From Patescibacteria group bacterium (GTDB lineage Bacteria > Patescibacteriota > Microgenomatia > UBA10105 > UBA927), in NCBI GenBank assembly GCA_023379025.1, contig JAMCTH010000007.1, forward strand, positions 1 through 63,128: a stretch of 63,128 bases of DNA, read 5' to 3'. The position numbers were made by a program, and so were the translations under genes. Within the stretch, counting starts at the first letter, position 1; each line of letters starts with the position of its first letter. The notes beneath the pieces were generated by a model. That model searched no databases, was not told the DNA's origin, and saw nothing but the letters and a program-made list of their open reading frames with translations. Below, piece after piece: positions 19,527 to 28,675 of the stretch.

Positions 19527-19680
19527 ATAGGCGTATTATATCCCGAGAATTATAAATGTCAAGTTATATTTTAGTACGAGAAAAAGTGAACTATATGTAT
19601 AAAATTCAGGCATACAACCTTGTTTAAACGATACGCCTTCGGGGGAGTATAATTGGGCCGTTGGGACTTTCTCTTTTATC

Positions 19681-20139
19681 ATGAGCTTCCCGGAAACTAT
19701 CCGTAAGGCGTTTTATCGGGAACCGGAGGGTTCCGGCGAGCCGGAAAATCCCGGCCGGGATTCCCGGTATTTCAACGCAGATGGTACACCAACGGATCAA
19801 CTTCTCAAGGTCCGGACCCGACTCCTTCATGCGGCTTCTCATTTTCAAGATCACATTGAAGGTTTTTATATCGTCGGAAGTAACAGAACGGGAGAAAACC
19901 GGCGGGGCGGCGTTGATGAGACGTCGGATTTAGATATACTAGTGCTTTTTGCAGATTATCGGATCCCGCATGATATCTGGCCGGAACTTGATCCTCTTCT
20001 CGTTGCCGTGAATGAAGGATATTCTCCTGAAACGGGATCTCTACCGGATGGGCGAGGCAAAGCAGGCAGGGAGCGAAGGGCCGTAGACACTGACGTTACC
20101 GCTGTGTCTGGACGCCGGCCACCTGGGGGGCGGCATTGA
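19681..20139 (+). CDS. Putative nucleotidyltransferase-domain protein
   Basis: A Pol-beta-type pattern is present: IVGSNRTGENRRGGVDETSDLDILVLF (GS...DxD). The 3' end overlaps a convergent small ORF, so the boundaries are uncertain. Confidence 0.45.
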   Translation: MSFPETIRKAFYREPEGSGEPENPGRDSRYFNADGTPTDQLLKVRTRLLHAASHFQDHIEGFYIVGSNRTGENRRGGVDETSDLDILVLFADYRIPHDIWPELDPLLVAVNEGYSPETGSLPDGRGKAGRERRAVDTDVTAVSGRRPPGGRH

Positions 20140-20311
20140 GCTGTTGGTTCACGAAATTGCCGACAATCGCCCCGACGCCGAGCATGATCGCAAACATGAC
20201 AATGAACATCCAGCCCCGCACCATGACGAGATAGGTCCCGTCCGTCTGCGTTCTTCGCGTGCGTACCGCGGTATGGCGGTGATGGACCCGCCGGACAGTT
20301 TTTTGTTTCAT
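20096..20311 (-). CDS. Small single-pass membrane protein (hypothetical)
   Basis: 71 aa with a basic N-terminus followed by one TM segment (WMFIVMFAIMLGVGAIVGNFV). It starts 4 nt after the stop of the 840-aa gene on the same strand. Confidence 0.4.
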   Translation of the reverse strand: MKQKTVRRVHHRHTAVRTRRTQTDGTYLVMVRGWMFIVMFAIMLGVGAIVGNFVNQQLNAAPQVAGVQTQR

Positions 20312-20314
20312 AGC

Positions 20315-22837
20315 TTATCCAGCATGACGGGTTTTTCGAAGCTTGTCAATGCCTGAATTGATGCCATATCCTCCCATAATCACGCATACTACAAGTTCCA
20401 GACTCAGGAGTAATACTTTAAGCCGGGAGGGTTGGTAAGCAAAAGTGACCGTATGTATACCGGGCGCCGCAAGCGATACGGCAACATAAAAGGGGAAGAC
20501 GGTGAAGGCCGGTACCGTTTTTCCGTCGACGGTTGCCACCCAGTCAGGATGACTGCTCTGTTTGAGGATGACCAGGCATTCCCGGCATCCCCGGGGGACG
20601 CGTACGGAGGCGTGAAAAACCATATCCGTGTCATCGGACTGGCTGAGTATCTCCGGCCTGATCACCGGGGTGTCGAGTGAGGAGAGACCGCTGCCGCCCG
20701 GGGGCAGATAAACCGGCGGTTCCTGAAAGAGGCTGTGTACGCTGCCGTCCGGGACGCGGTAGTCCGCTTCGTCCGTCATGCGGAAATTTGGAAGCCCGGT
20801 CTGTTTGGGATAATCGGCAGCAAAGGTGATCTCGGGATACAGCCCCTTTTTATGAAGATCGGATTGGATCCAGAGCCGGACGACGTTGACGTACGACCGT
20901 TTGCCGACCGAGACGACCGCGGGAAGGACTCCCGATGTGATGTAGCCGTCCGTCTGTACGGTGAAAAGGTTCCAGGCAGGAGTTTTTTTATAGAGTTTCC
21001 AGAACGGCTGCGGAGATTGCGAAGGGGGAGCGACGACGGCATTGATATTATAGAGGTCGTAGTCTTCTGCATGGTCTTCGCGGAAGTACTGCTCCGTGTC
21101 GGAGTTCGGGGACCAGGTCTCCGGCAGCCACAGGACGGTCGGGATGCCGTAGGTGGAAAGCTGCATATAGTAGGGCGTCTCGGCGATCTTGAGCTCCTTG
21201 CCCCACCAGCCGCCCCGGCCGGAGTAGACGCGGCCAGGAGGAAGTGACCGTAATACGCTAAAGAGCGTTTGGACGTCGGGATTTTGCCGGTCGAAGTTGG
21301 CATTGGCACGGAGGATGAGCGTGTTATTAAGATCGTTATAATTGATCGTTTGAGGGTAAACGAGGAGAACCGATATTCCTGTCAACAATACAACAATACA
21401 ACAATACAACAGTTGTTTGGGAATTGCTATATTGCTATATTGCTTTATTGTTGCCGTGACCTTCGCTGTCAGAAACGTTAACCCCACCGGCGCAAGGAAC
21501 AGGCCTGCCAGCTGGAGGCCGACGATAAACCGTGACAGGTGGAAGTCCTTCATGCCGGGAATAAGGTTTATGGCAGAGCCCCACGTCGTTCTCCCAAAAT
21601 AGAGGAGGAGCCAGAAGATAAATAAGAGAGCGAAGGGAAAATACGGATTGTTGTATTGTTGTATTGTTATATTGTTAGTGTCGGCTTTACGTGTGGAATT
21701 TTCTTCAGTTTTTTTGCTGATCCTTAGCGCGGCGAAAAATCCTACAAACGTCAGAAGCGTCATCGTCGGGAACCTCCCGAAGTCGAAGAGGTCGCCGTTG
21801 AGGAGGCGGATCATCGTTTCCTTTGCACCGTATGAGTTAAACTTCCATACCGGATCCCAGAAGGAAATGTTGTGGTAATTGTCGGTGAGAAGTATGGGAA
21901 TAATCCAGTAAGAAAGAAAAAAGAGGGTGACGGAAGAGAGAAGAACGAGTTTAAAAATATTGTCGCGCACCTGCACGAGTAGCGTTCTGTCGTTCTCCGA
22001 TCCTTTTCCGCGCGTTGTAAGCCAAACCCTGAGCGGTCCGGCGAATGTAAGGGGGATGAGACTCATGAACGCCATAATGCCGATGCCAAGATGTCCGGCA
22101 GTGGTCGCAAAGAGGTAGAAAACTGCCGGCCAGAAGCCGTCAGAAATCCAAGATCTTAACCTCCCAATACCGAACGTTCGTGCCTGATTGTTCATTGACG
22201 TTTGAGATGTGTGATTTGTTGTAAAGTACTTCCAGCTATACGCAATTGCCTGGGGCAGAAAGATCATGGCAAACAACTGGCTTGACAGGCCGTAGCCGCG
22301 CCAGAGGAATGAAGAAGGGTCGAGTCCATAGAGACCATCAGTTGAGAGTTGGGTCGCAAAGAGTGCTCCGATTCCTGCGGTCAGAAACGACGTGCCAATG
22401 ACACGAAGAGCCACAAAAACAGAAAGCGGGAAGAGGCAAAGGAGGAGGTAGATGACGAGATGATAATATCGGAAAAGAGAAACGTGTGCGGTGAACGATG
22501 GAATGATCGAAAGTGTTCTGTATGTTCCGACAATGACGATTTGCGGGATATGGGAGTAGTAGTAGGGGAGGTTGTACCCTTCAGCCCAGTTCGGGACCCA
22601 ATGGTCTGCAAGAAGCGACAGGTGACAGGAGACAAGAGACAAGTTATGAGGACAGTGAGTATCTGCATATGTCCATATCGTATTTTCCCGGTCGACTAAG
22701 GCGTACTGGAAGGCGTTGTCGTTGGGGTCTACCCCGGCAGTCGGTTCCAGCCGGTAGAGCCATATATTGAAGGCGATCGCGGCGGCCAACATCAATATTC
22801 CTATGAGTTTCTCGAATGATAATCTGGTATAGTTCAT
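20315..22837 (-). CDS. Large polytopic membrane protein, GT-C-like (PTPS-related/COG5617-like), with a C-terminal extracytoplasmic domain
   Basis: 840 aa with many TM segments. The early motif HWVPNWAEGYNLPYYYSHIP resembles PTPS-related membrane proteins. The family call is tentative. Confidence 0.7.
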   Translation of the reverse strand: MNYTRLSFEKLIGILMLAAAIAFNIWLYRLEPTAGVDPNDNAFQYALVDRENTIWTYADTHCPHNLSLVSCHLSLLADHWVPNWAEGYNLPYYYSHIPQIVIVGTYRTLSIIPSFTAHVSLFRYYHLVIYLLLCLFPLSVFVALRVIGTSFLTAGIGALFATQLSTDGLYGLDPSSFLWRGYGLSSQLFAMIFLPQAIAYSWKYFTTNHTSQTSMNNQARTFGIGRLRSWISDGFWPAVFYLFATTAGHLGIGIMAFMSLIPLTFAGPLRVWLTTRGKGSENDRTLLVQVRDNIFKLVLLSSVTLFFLSYWIIPILLTDNYHNISFWDPVWKFNSYGAKETMIRLLNGDLFDFGRFPTMTLLTFVGFFAALRISKKTEENSTRKADTNNITIQQYNNPYFPFALLFIFWLLLYFGRTTWGSAINLIPGMKDFHLSRFIVGLQLAGLFLAPVGLTFLTAKVTATIKQYSNIAIPKQLLYCCIVVLLTGISVLLVYPQTINYNDLNNTLILRANANFDRQNPDVQTLFSVLRSLPPGRVYSGRGGWWGKELKIAETPYYMQLSTYGIPTVLWLPETWSPNSDTEQYFREDHAEDYDLYNINAVVAPPSQSPQPFWKLYKKTPAWNLFTVQTDGYITSGVLPAVVSVGKRSYVNVVRLWIQSDLHKKGLYPEITFAADYPKQTGLPNFRMTDEADYRVPDGSVHSLFQEPPVYLPPGGSGLSSLDTPVIRPEILSQSDDTDMVFHASVRVPRGCRECLVILKQSSHPDWVATVDGKTVPAFTVFPFYVAVSLAAPGIHTVTFAYQPSRLKVLLLSLELVVCVIMGGYGINSGIDKLRKTRHAG
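21383..21454. repeat. Two opposed 8-bp-period cassettes inside the 840-aa gene
   Basis: CAACAATA x3.5 is perfect at 21383-21410. ATTGCTAT ATTGCTAT ATTGCTTT ATTGTTGC lies at 21423-21454. The two blocks are imperfect reverse complements of each other. Confidence 0.85.
21647..21678. repeat. 8-bp-period cassette (ATTGTTNN x4) inside the 840-aa gene
   Basis: ATTGTTGT ATTGTTGT ATTGTTAT ATTGTTAG. Confidence 0.85.
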
Positions 22838-22849
22838 AGGTAAAAAATG

Positions 22850-24673
22850 TTATTTTGGATACACGATGGGGTTCAGCCAATCCGTATGGTCGTCCGTGAT
22901 GCCGTTTCCTGCGGCAACCGTTACAAGGCCAAGCGTTTTGACGCCTTTGATATCGATACTTGCGTGGCCGGGGAGGTCATAGCGCCCCATTTTTCCTGAG
23001 GAGAAAAGTTTTCTGCCGTCGCCGTAAATCTCAAAGACCGCAAGCCCCTGACTCCCGGCTTCCGTATCGATGCCGAAATCGGTCGTCAGGCGCCGGAAGT
23101 TGCCGTTAAGATCGAAGTTTATGAAGCTGTTGGCATGCGTGCCGAAGCCATATCGGTAAAATGCGTATTGATCGGACAAAAACCCCCACTTCGGAAACCC
23201 TGCAAATGCGCCGACCGGCATGTTTTGTTCAAGCGTTCCGTAGTCCTCGCGGTGAGCGACCGGGGTAAGTTGGGTGAGAGAGACCGGCGTTCGTGCCAGA
23301 AGCGGGACGTTTTTGTAAAGGATCGCCAGGACGATAAAAGAAACGGGTAATATTATGCTTATCTTACTTGTTTTTTTTATCATAACGAATACAAAAATTC
23401 CAAATAGCGAAATCAGGAACAGTGAGGACGGTATCGTCAGAAATGGCTGTGTCAGATGTTTGAGTATCGGGAGCCCGTTACCCGGATAGTTAAATACCAG
23501 GGCCGTATGGAGGTTATAAAAATATATAAGCGAAAAAATGCCGTAGAGTATGAGGAATAGTTTGCATGCAGTGTTTTTAACAATTCCGTTTGGAACCGTA
23601 GATACTTTAGGTATAAGAAAGAGCCCCCACAGAAGAAGAAACACGGTCAGGGGAAAGGCGTACCGGTCATGAGATTCCGTTTGGAAGAGAAAAAAAGCGG
23701 CGTTGACAATGATGAGACTTTCTATAAAATACCGAATGGTGTCTGCCCCGTGTCGGTTGACGAGCTGCCGGAGTACGGCGAAGAGATAGAATCCCGAGAA
23801 CAGAATAAGACCGACCGTTTTGGCATTTATCATGCCGATGGCCAGAATCTTATCGGAGATTTGCATACCGCGGGCGCCGGCAACGATCCACCAGAGATTG
23901 AAGGCGTTGAGCGAAAGGAGCGGAAAGTAGTCGAAGTTGTTGGTGAGCGAGCCGACGACGGTTCCCATATCGCGGTTCAGGAAAAACTCGATGTTGAGGC
24001 CGAAAAACGCGAGCGCTGACCCGATGACGCCCCGGACCAGGCCGGTATAGCCGAGGTATTCCCAGAGGAAGAGAAAAAATACCGGCCCGTAGATCATATT
24101 CTGGAGCTTGGTCATCATGGAGGTCATGTAGAGGACGCCGGCAAGCATGGGTTTATGCCTGAGCGCGGCGATAACGGCAAGAAGAAAGACAAAAACGCCG
24201 AGACTATCGATTTGCCCCCACCACGCGCCGTCGATAAGAGAGACGGGATTTAATACAGAAAAAGCTGCTAAGAGGAAATAGAAGCCGGCCGGCAATACCG
24301 GGAAGCCAAACCGTTTCGCATGTTTACCGATCCAGACGATGATGCCGGCAATGCCGAAGTCGGCAAAAACAGCAGGGAGTTTACTGATGGTCAGGAACAG
24401 GAGGTTCCGGTCGTTCCAGAACCCGGCGAAAGTATGCGGGTCGGCGAACCGGCCGTAGATCCAGACGAGGAACCCGAGAAGGTAGGCAAAGGGGGCCGGG
24501 TAATTGTCATTGGTATGGTGCATGGTCCAGAGGAGGCCGTGATCATAGACCGCAAGCCCCCAGGATTTCCAGAATGAGATGTCCGCTTCAAACCCGGGGT
24601 TGGGCAGGAGGATGAGGCGCAGAAGTACGGCAAGAAAGACTACGGATCCGAAGACGGTCCACGCTCGTTTCAT
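22850..24673 (-). CDS. GT-C-like membrane glycosyltransferase fused to a C-terminal NPCBM-like carbohydrate-binding domain
   Basis: N-terminal motif FEADISFWKSWGLAVYDHG...NDNYPAPFAYLLGF (Gpi18/DUF2029-like). C-terminal FGIDTEAGSQGLAVFEIYGDGRKLFSSGKM...IDIKGVKTLGLVTVAAGNGITDDHTDWLNP matches the NPCBM pattern. Confidence 0.75.
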   Translation of the reverse strand: MKRAWTVFGSVVFLAVLLRLILLPNPGFEADISFWKSWGLAVYDHGLLWTMHHTNDNYPAPFAYLLGFLVWIYGRFADPHTFAGFWNDRNLLFLTISKLPAVFADFGIAGIIVWIGKHAKRFGFPVLPAGFYFLLAAFSVLNPVSLIDGAWWGQIDSLGVFVFLLAVIAALRHKPMLAGVLYMTSMMTKLQNMIYGPVFFLFLWEYLGYTGLVRGVIGSALAFFGLNIEFFLNRDMGTVVGSLTNNFDYFPLLSLNAFNLWWIVAGARGMQISDKILAIGMINAKTVGLILFSGFYLFAVLRQLVNRHGADTIRYFIESLIIVNAAFFLFQTESHDRYAFPLTVFLLLWGLFLIPKVSTVPNGIVKNTACKLFLILYGIFSLIYFYNLHTALVFNYPGNGLPILKHLTQPFLTIPSSLFLISLFGIFVFVMIKKTSKISIILPVSFIVLAILYKNVPLLARTPVSLTQLTPVAHREDYGTLEQNMPVGAFAGFPKWGFLSDQYAFYRYGFGTHANSFINFDLNGNFRRLTTDFGIDTEAGSQGLAVFEIYGDGRKLFSSGKMGRYDLPGHASIDIKGVKTLGLVTVAAGNGITDDHTDWLNPIVYPK

Positions 24674-24681
24674 GGAAGTAT

Positions 24682-25365
24682 TTATGTCCAGCTCACCGTG
24701 TCGATAATCCTGTTAAATATATCCGGGGAGAGGAGCCGTGTGGACATCCAGATCAGGAGCTCCGGCCTGCCCGGCACTTCAAAAAACACATTGTCCGGTA
24801 CCGGCTCCCCGTCGCTGCCGAGATATACCGCCCGATACCCGGTGAGCCCCTGGCTGTTCGTGAATTTTGTGACCGTAGAAACCCCCTTATACGTATACTG
24901 TTTCCACCAGGATTCTATATATGCCATTTTGTCTCCCTTCACATACTGCGCGGTATGTTGGGAATGAGTGAGGTTTTCTACCCGGAGAATGAGGTTTGCC
25001 TCCGGGTTGGTGTTTCCCCAGAAGATCGTCACGCTGTCAAACGGGTCATTCGGGAAGACGCCGAGGTTGAGTGTTGCAGGGTACCGGAAGCGGTAGGGGA
25101 AAATTTTCCCCTTAAACTCCTTCCAGGTCGCATCCGCGGCGACCGGGATATACGGAGAATCCGGCGCGGGAGACGGGCCCGGCGTACCGGAAGGACCAAG
25201 GTAGGTATCTCCTGCCGGCAGGACCGTCTGCCCGGGTACGGAAGCTGCGGAGCGGTAGGCGAGGACAGCAGACGCCATAAGGACAGCGGATGCCACGACA
25301 GTAACGATAATCACGGTTTTTACTTCTTTTCTGGGAATGGGGGGAAGGAGGGGTTCGTTTTCCAT
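24682..25365 (-). CDS. Membrane-anchored extracytoplasmic hypothetical protein
   Basis: 227 aa with an N-terminal TM anchor (VIIVTVVASAVLMASAVLAY), a Pro-rich linker and a globular domain. It lies in the operon between two GT-C genes. Confidence 0.6.
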   Translation of the reverse strand: MENEPLLPPIPRKEVKTVIIVTVVASAVLMASAVLAYRSAASVPGQTVLPAGDTYLGPSGTPGPSPAPDSPYIPVAADATWKEFKGKIFPYRFRYPATLNLGVFPNDPFDSVTIFWGNTNPEANLILRVENLTHSQHTAQYVKGDKMAYIESWWKQYTYKGVSTVTKFTNSQGLTGYRAVYLGSDGEPVPDNVFFEVPGRPELLIWMSTRLLSPDIFNRIIDTVSWT

Positions 25366-25515
25366 AGTCCAACCCTAACAAGTTTGAGAAATACTGTCAA
25401 CAGAGCTAGAAGCCATCTCCAAACCTATTCTTCGAGCGTAGCGAGAAGTTCTCACATGCGTTCGAACAATATCTTTTCGAGATTTGAGATAACTTCTAGT
25501 GAGGGGTGGGCAGCG

Positions 25516-26973
25516 TTATCTTTTGATGTAAATTTTTGGATATGCGGACGGGAGATAGGTTGCAGTCAGAAATTCGAGGTCTTCCGGTTTCGGCTTCCAG
25601 AACACCTGGCCGGTCCGGTCCATGATGACATAGCGGGTATTGTGGGCTATGAGAGACCCCCGAAGGGTCGGCAGTTTTATCGGGAGCTGGTCCGCAAACT
25701 CCTGATACGGGTGGCAGCAGATGTAGTAGCCGTCGGGGCGGAAGACATAGGATCCGACCATGTCATAGACCGTGTCCGTTGGTTTGGAAATCCTCAGGAT
25801 GTCCCGGATGACGCCGAGCTGTTCCCGGTTGTCCGCAGCGCTTCCGATACGGACTGAAGTCTGGCGGAGAAACGATACGAGCGCAAGGGCAGCTATCAGA
25901 AGATACACCGCATTTTCCACCCGCCCGGCATGCGTGAGGACGGAAAGCCGTCGTGCAAGCGCTGTCAGCGCGTGTCCGGCAAGGATGCATGCAAAAACGG
26001 AAAGCGGGATAAAATACTGGACATAGGGAGCGGGAAAAAGATAGAGGAAGACGACCGCTCCGCCGGTATAAAGCAGGAGAAAGCCGGCGAGCGTCCTGTT
26101 TTTCAATGCGGTTTGTACCAGGCCGGCCGATGCGAGGACCCAGACGGCGGTTCCGAACAGCCAGGGGAGGCTCAGGCCGCCGCGGTCGATATAAAGAGAG
26201 GGATACGGCGAAAGCGCAAGCCAAAGGGAAAACGGAAGTTTTCCGGCATTGACGATGACGGACCAGACCGTGACCGCTTCGACAGCCAAAGGAAACACGC
26301 CCATCGAGATCAGCCAGAGAAACGTCAGGGTCAGCGGGATCAGGAATCCCGTGCCCAGCGCAACCGACAGTCCGGCAGCGGAATACGTTCCCCGGCGGAT
26401 GTGTCCGCGCCAGGTCAAAAACAGCCATGCGGGAACGGCAAATACCATTTTCGGAAATATCATAAGCGACGCGCCGAGGAAGAACCCTGACCAAAACAGC
26501 CGGTGCGGTTTGACCCGGTCAGGGAGAAGGAGAAGAAGCGACACAAGGAAGAGAAGGGTCATAAGCATGTCCGGACGTACCTCGATGGTTTTATCGAGCG
26601 TTAGGGGAAATACAACAAACAGAAGTGCGGCAATGCGTGCGGACCGCCGGTCCGTCATCTTTTTGCCCAGCATGTACACGATGCCTGTTGTGACAAGGAA
26701 TATTACCCATACGAACATCCGCGCGGCATAAAGCGGCAGCGGTCCGTCCGGCAGACGGAATAAAGGTGAAAGAAATGCCTGAAAAACCGGAATATGGTAG
26801 AGAAAAAAATCCCGGTAGGGGATAAACCCGTGCGTCAGAAGCCAGGTCCAGTGGAGATGGGCGAATTCATCCGCGTCAAAATAGCGGCTCAGGCCGAGAT
26901 AGAGACGGACGAGGAGAACGATAATAATTGTGGGAATAAGAGTTACCCGAAGAAACGTTAGGTGCCGCTTCAT
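25516..26973 (-). CDS. GT-C-fold glycosyltransferase-like membrane protein (ArnT/PMT_2-like)
   Basis: Motif FDADEFAHLHWTWLLTHGFIPYRDFF. It is a paralogue of 43655-45184, which carries FDADEFAYLHWAAHMAAGRVPYRDFF. Confidence 0.8.
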   Translation of the reverse strand: MKRHLTFLRVTLIPTIIIVLLVRLYLGLSRYFDADEFAHLHWTWLLTHGFIPYRDFFLYHIPVFQAFLSPLFRLPDGPLPLYAARMFVWVIFLVTTGIVYMLGKKMTDRRSARIAALLFVVFPLTLDKTIEVRPDMLMTLLFLVSLLLLLPDRVKPHRLFWSGFFLGASLMIFPKMVFAVPAWLFLTWRGHIRRGTYSAAGLSVALGTGFLIPLTLTFLWLISMGVFPLAVEAVTVWSVIVNAGKLPFSLWLALSPYPSLYIDRGGLSLPWLFGTAVWVLASAGLVQTALKNRTLAGFLLLYTGGAVVFLYLFPAPYVQYFIPLSVFACILAGHALTALARRLSVLTHAGRVENAVYLLIAALALVSFLRQTSVRIGSAADNREQLGVIRDILRISKPTDTVYDMVGSYVFRPDGYYICCHPYQEFADQLPIKLPTLRGSLIAHNTRYVIMDRTGQVFWKPKPEDLEFLTATYLPSAYPKIYIKR

Positions 26974-26989
26974 GCCTCCTATGGTAGCA

Positions 26990-27053
26990 TAGGGAGGAAG
27001 AGAGGGGTGGGGAGAGGAAGAGAGGAAGAGAGGGAGAGGGGAAGATTGAAGAA
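26990..27053. repeat. Polypurine tract in a divergent intergenic region
   Basis: AGGGAGGAAGAGAGGGGTGGGGAGAGGAAGAGAGGAAGAGAGGGAGAGGGGAAGATTGAAGAAG, with only four pyrimidines in 64 nt. Related GGGGAGAGG/GGAAGAG runs occur inside radA (5797-5848) and a GT-C gene (44253-44290). Confidence 0.8.
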
Positions 27054-27079
27054 GTGATGCGTTACTTCGTTACTTCGCA

Positions 27080-28666
27080 ATGTCTATGAAACTATCGGGA
27101 AAAGAGTTAGTTATCCTGACGGCAACCGGTACTGCAGCCGTTCTGCTGTCCCTCTCGCAGACGATACTGTATTGGCTGAAAACCCCTTCCGGAACGTATT
27201 ATTCCTTTGCACATAATTATATAGAAGATTACTACTGGTATCTTCAGCTTATGCGGCAGGGGTGGGAGGGGATGTGGAAGGCAACCAGCTGGCTTACCCC
27301 GGAGGTATATCCCGCACAATTCGTCAACCCGTTCTTTCTTTTTTTGGGACACATTGCCCGGTGGAGCGGAATAGGAATACCTCAGGTATACACGCTCGCG
27401 AGGGTCGGAGGGGCCATGGGCCTTTACCTTCTTATTATTCTTCTTGCGGCACGCCTTTATCGCGGCTCAGCCGTGAAGAGAGTGACGGGTGTTGTGTTTG
27501 CGGTGTTTGGAACCTCCTGGTGGGGGTGGGTAAACGGCGCGCCTGCGGTCGCCCCGCTGGTCCATGCCTGGACCGCGCTTGATCCGGTGTTCCGGATGAG
27601 TTATATCCCGCATCACCTCTGGTCAAAAACCGCCATGCTTGCGGCGTTCGTATTTCTGACCGGACAAAGCGGTGTCAGGAAGAACAGACTACATTTATTT
27701 CTTCCGGCCGTTGCCGTCATACTCATGAGTTTCATAAGTCCGGTGACGATCGTGACGTTTGCGGCAACCGTCGTCCTTTGGCTGGGGTTGGAATATCTGA
27801 CCCGTACGTCATCCCGGCGAGCGCTGATCCCGCTCGGAATGTTTGCCCTGTCGCCGGCGGTTCTTATCGCGTGGTATCACCGGATGATCGAAGGGGGAGT
27901 GTTTCCGTGGAACAGTTATAACCTCTGGGAAACGACGCACTACGCGATTTCCGCGCTTTCGTATCTTGAAGCGCTTGGTCCGCTGTTTTTGCTCTTCCTG
28001 GCGGGGCTGCCGTTTCTTGGGAAGTCACGTCCCGGCAGACTCCTCATCGCCTGGGTTGCCTCCGGTTGGCTGCTTCTTTTCGTTCTTGCGCCGTTTCTTC
28101 CGCTGACGAACTCCCGGTACCTCGACGGCTATCAGTTTATCCCGATCGGTGTCGGAGCTGTTGCCGGCGTCTGGCAGGTTGCTGCATTTTTGGGCAAAAA
28201 AATATCCTGTTCCGGGAATATTATTTTGTACGGCTGTATCGCGCTTATCCTACTCTACAGCGCCCTCGGATTATGGGCGAGTATCCGCCAGGAATACGGA
28301 TATATACTGGAAAATTCTGAAAACCCCCAGGTGTACGTTCCGGATACGCTGATCAAGGTGTTTACCTATCTCAGAACCCATGCGGCGCCCCGGTCGCTGG
28401 TCATGGCTCCGTACTGGATAGGGACGATGATCCCCGCGCTGACCGGCGACCGCGTGATCGCCGGACACGCGGTCATGACAGAGTACAGCCCGGAAAAACA
28501 GGCTGACCTTACGGCATTTTACCGCGATATGACTTCCGCTGAGGCAAGGAGTGTGGTTTTGAAGTACCATCCCGGATATATCCTTACGGCAGGAACGACC
28601 ACGGCGCCATACGGAACGGTGGCATACCGTAGCGGCCAGTATGCCCTGTACCGCACCTCATACTGA
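27080..28666 (+). CDS. Polytopic membrane protein, 'DYxxYL' family paralogue A
   Basis: 528 aa. The N-terminal loop reads GTYYSFAHNYIEDYYWYLQLMRQGWEG and the C-terminal end reads ...VLKYHPGYILTAG. Confidence 0.72.
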   Translation: MSMKLSGKELVILTATGTAAVLLSLSQTILYWLKTPSGTYYSFAHNYIEDYYWYLQLMRQGWEGMWKATSWLTPEVYPAQFVNPFFLFLGHIARWSGIGIPQVYTLARVGGAMGLYLLIILLAARLYRGSAVKRVTGVVFAVFGTSWWGWVNGAPAVAPLVHAWTALDPVFRMSYIPHHLWSKTAMLAAFVFLTGQSGVRKNRLHLFLPAVAVILMSFISPVTIVTFAATVVLWLGLEYLTRTSSRRALIPLGMFALSPAVLIAWYHRMIEGGVFPWNSYNLWETTHYAISALSYLEALGPLFLLFLAGLPFLGKSRPGRLLIAWVASGWLLLFVLAPFLPLTNSRYLDGYQFIPIGVGAVAGVWQVAAFLGKKISCSGNIILYGCIALILLYSALGLWASIRQEYGYILENSENPQVYVPDTLIKVFTYLRTHAAPRSLVMAPYWIGTMIPALTGDRVIAGHAVMTEYSPEKQADLTAFYRDMTSAEARSVVLKYHPGYILTAGTTTAPYGTVAYRSGQYALYRTSY

Positions 28667-28675
28667 GGGCGGAGC

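Noticed and set aside
21383-21678. The tandem 8-mers and 10-mers as a possible CRISPR array.
   Set aside because: The units are 8-10 bp with no spacers, total only about 32 nt each and lie inside ORFs. No cas genes are present in the window.
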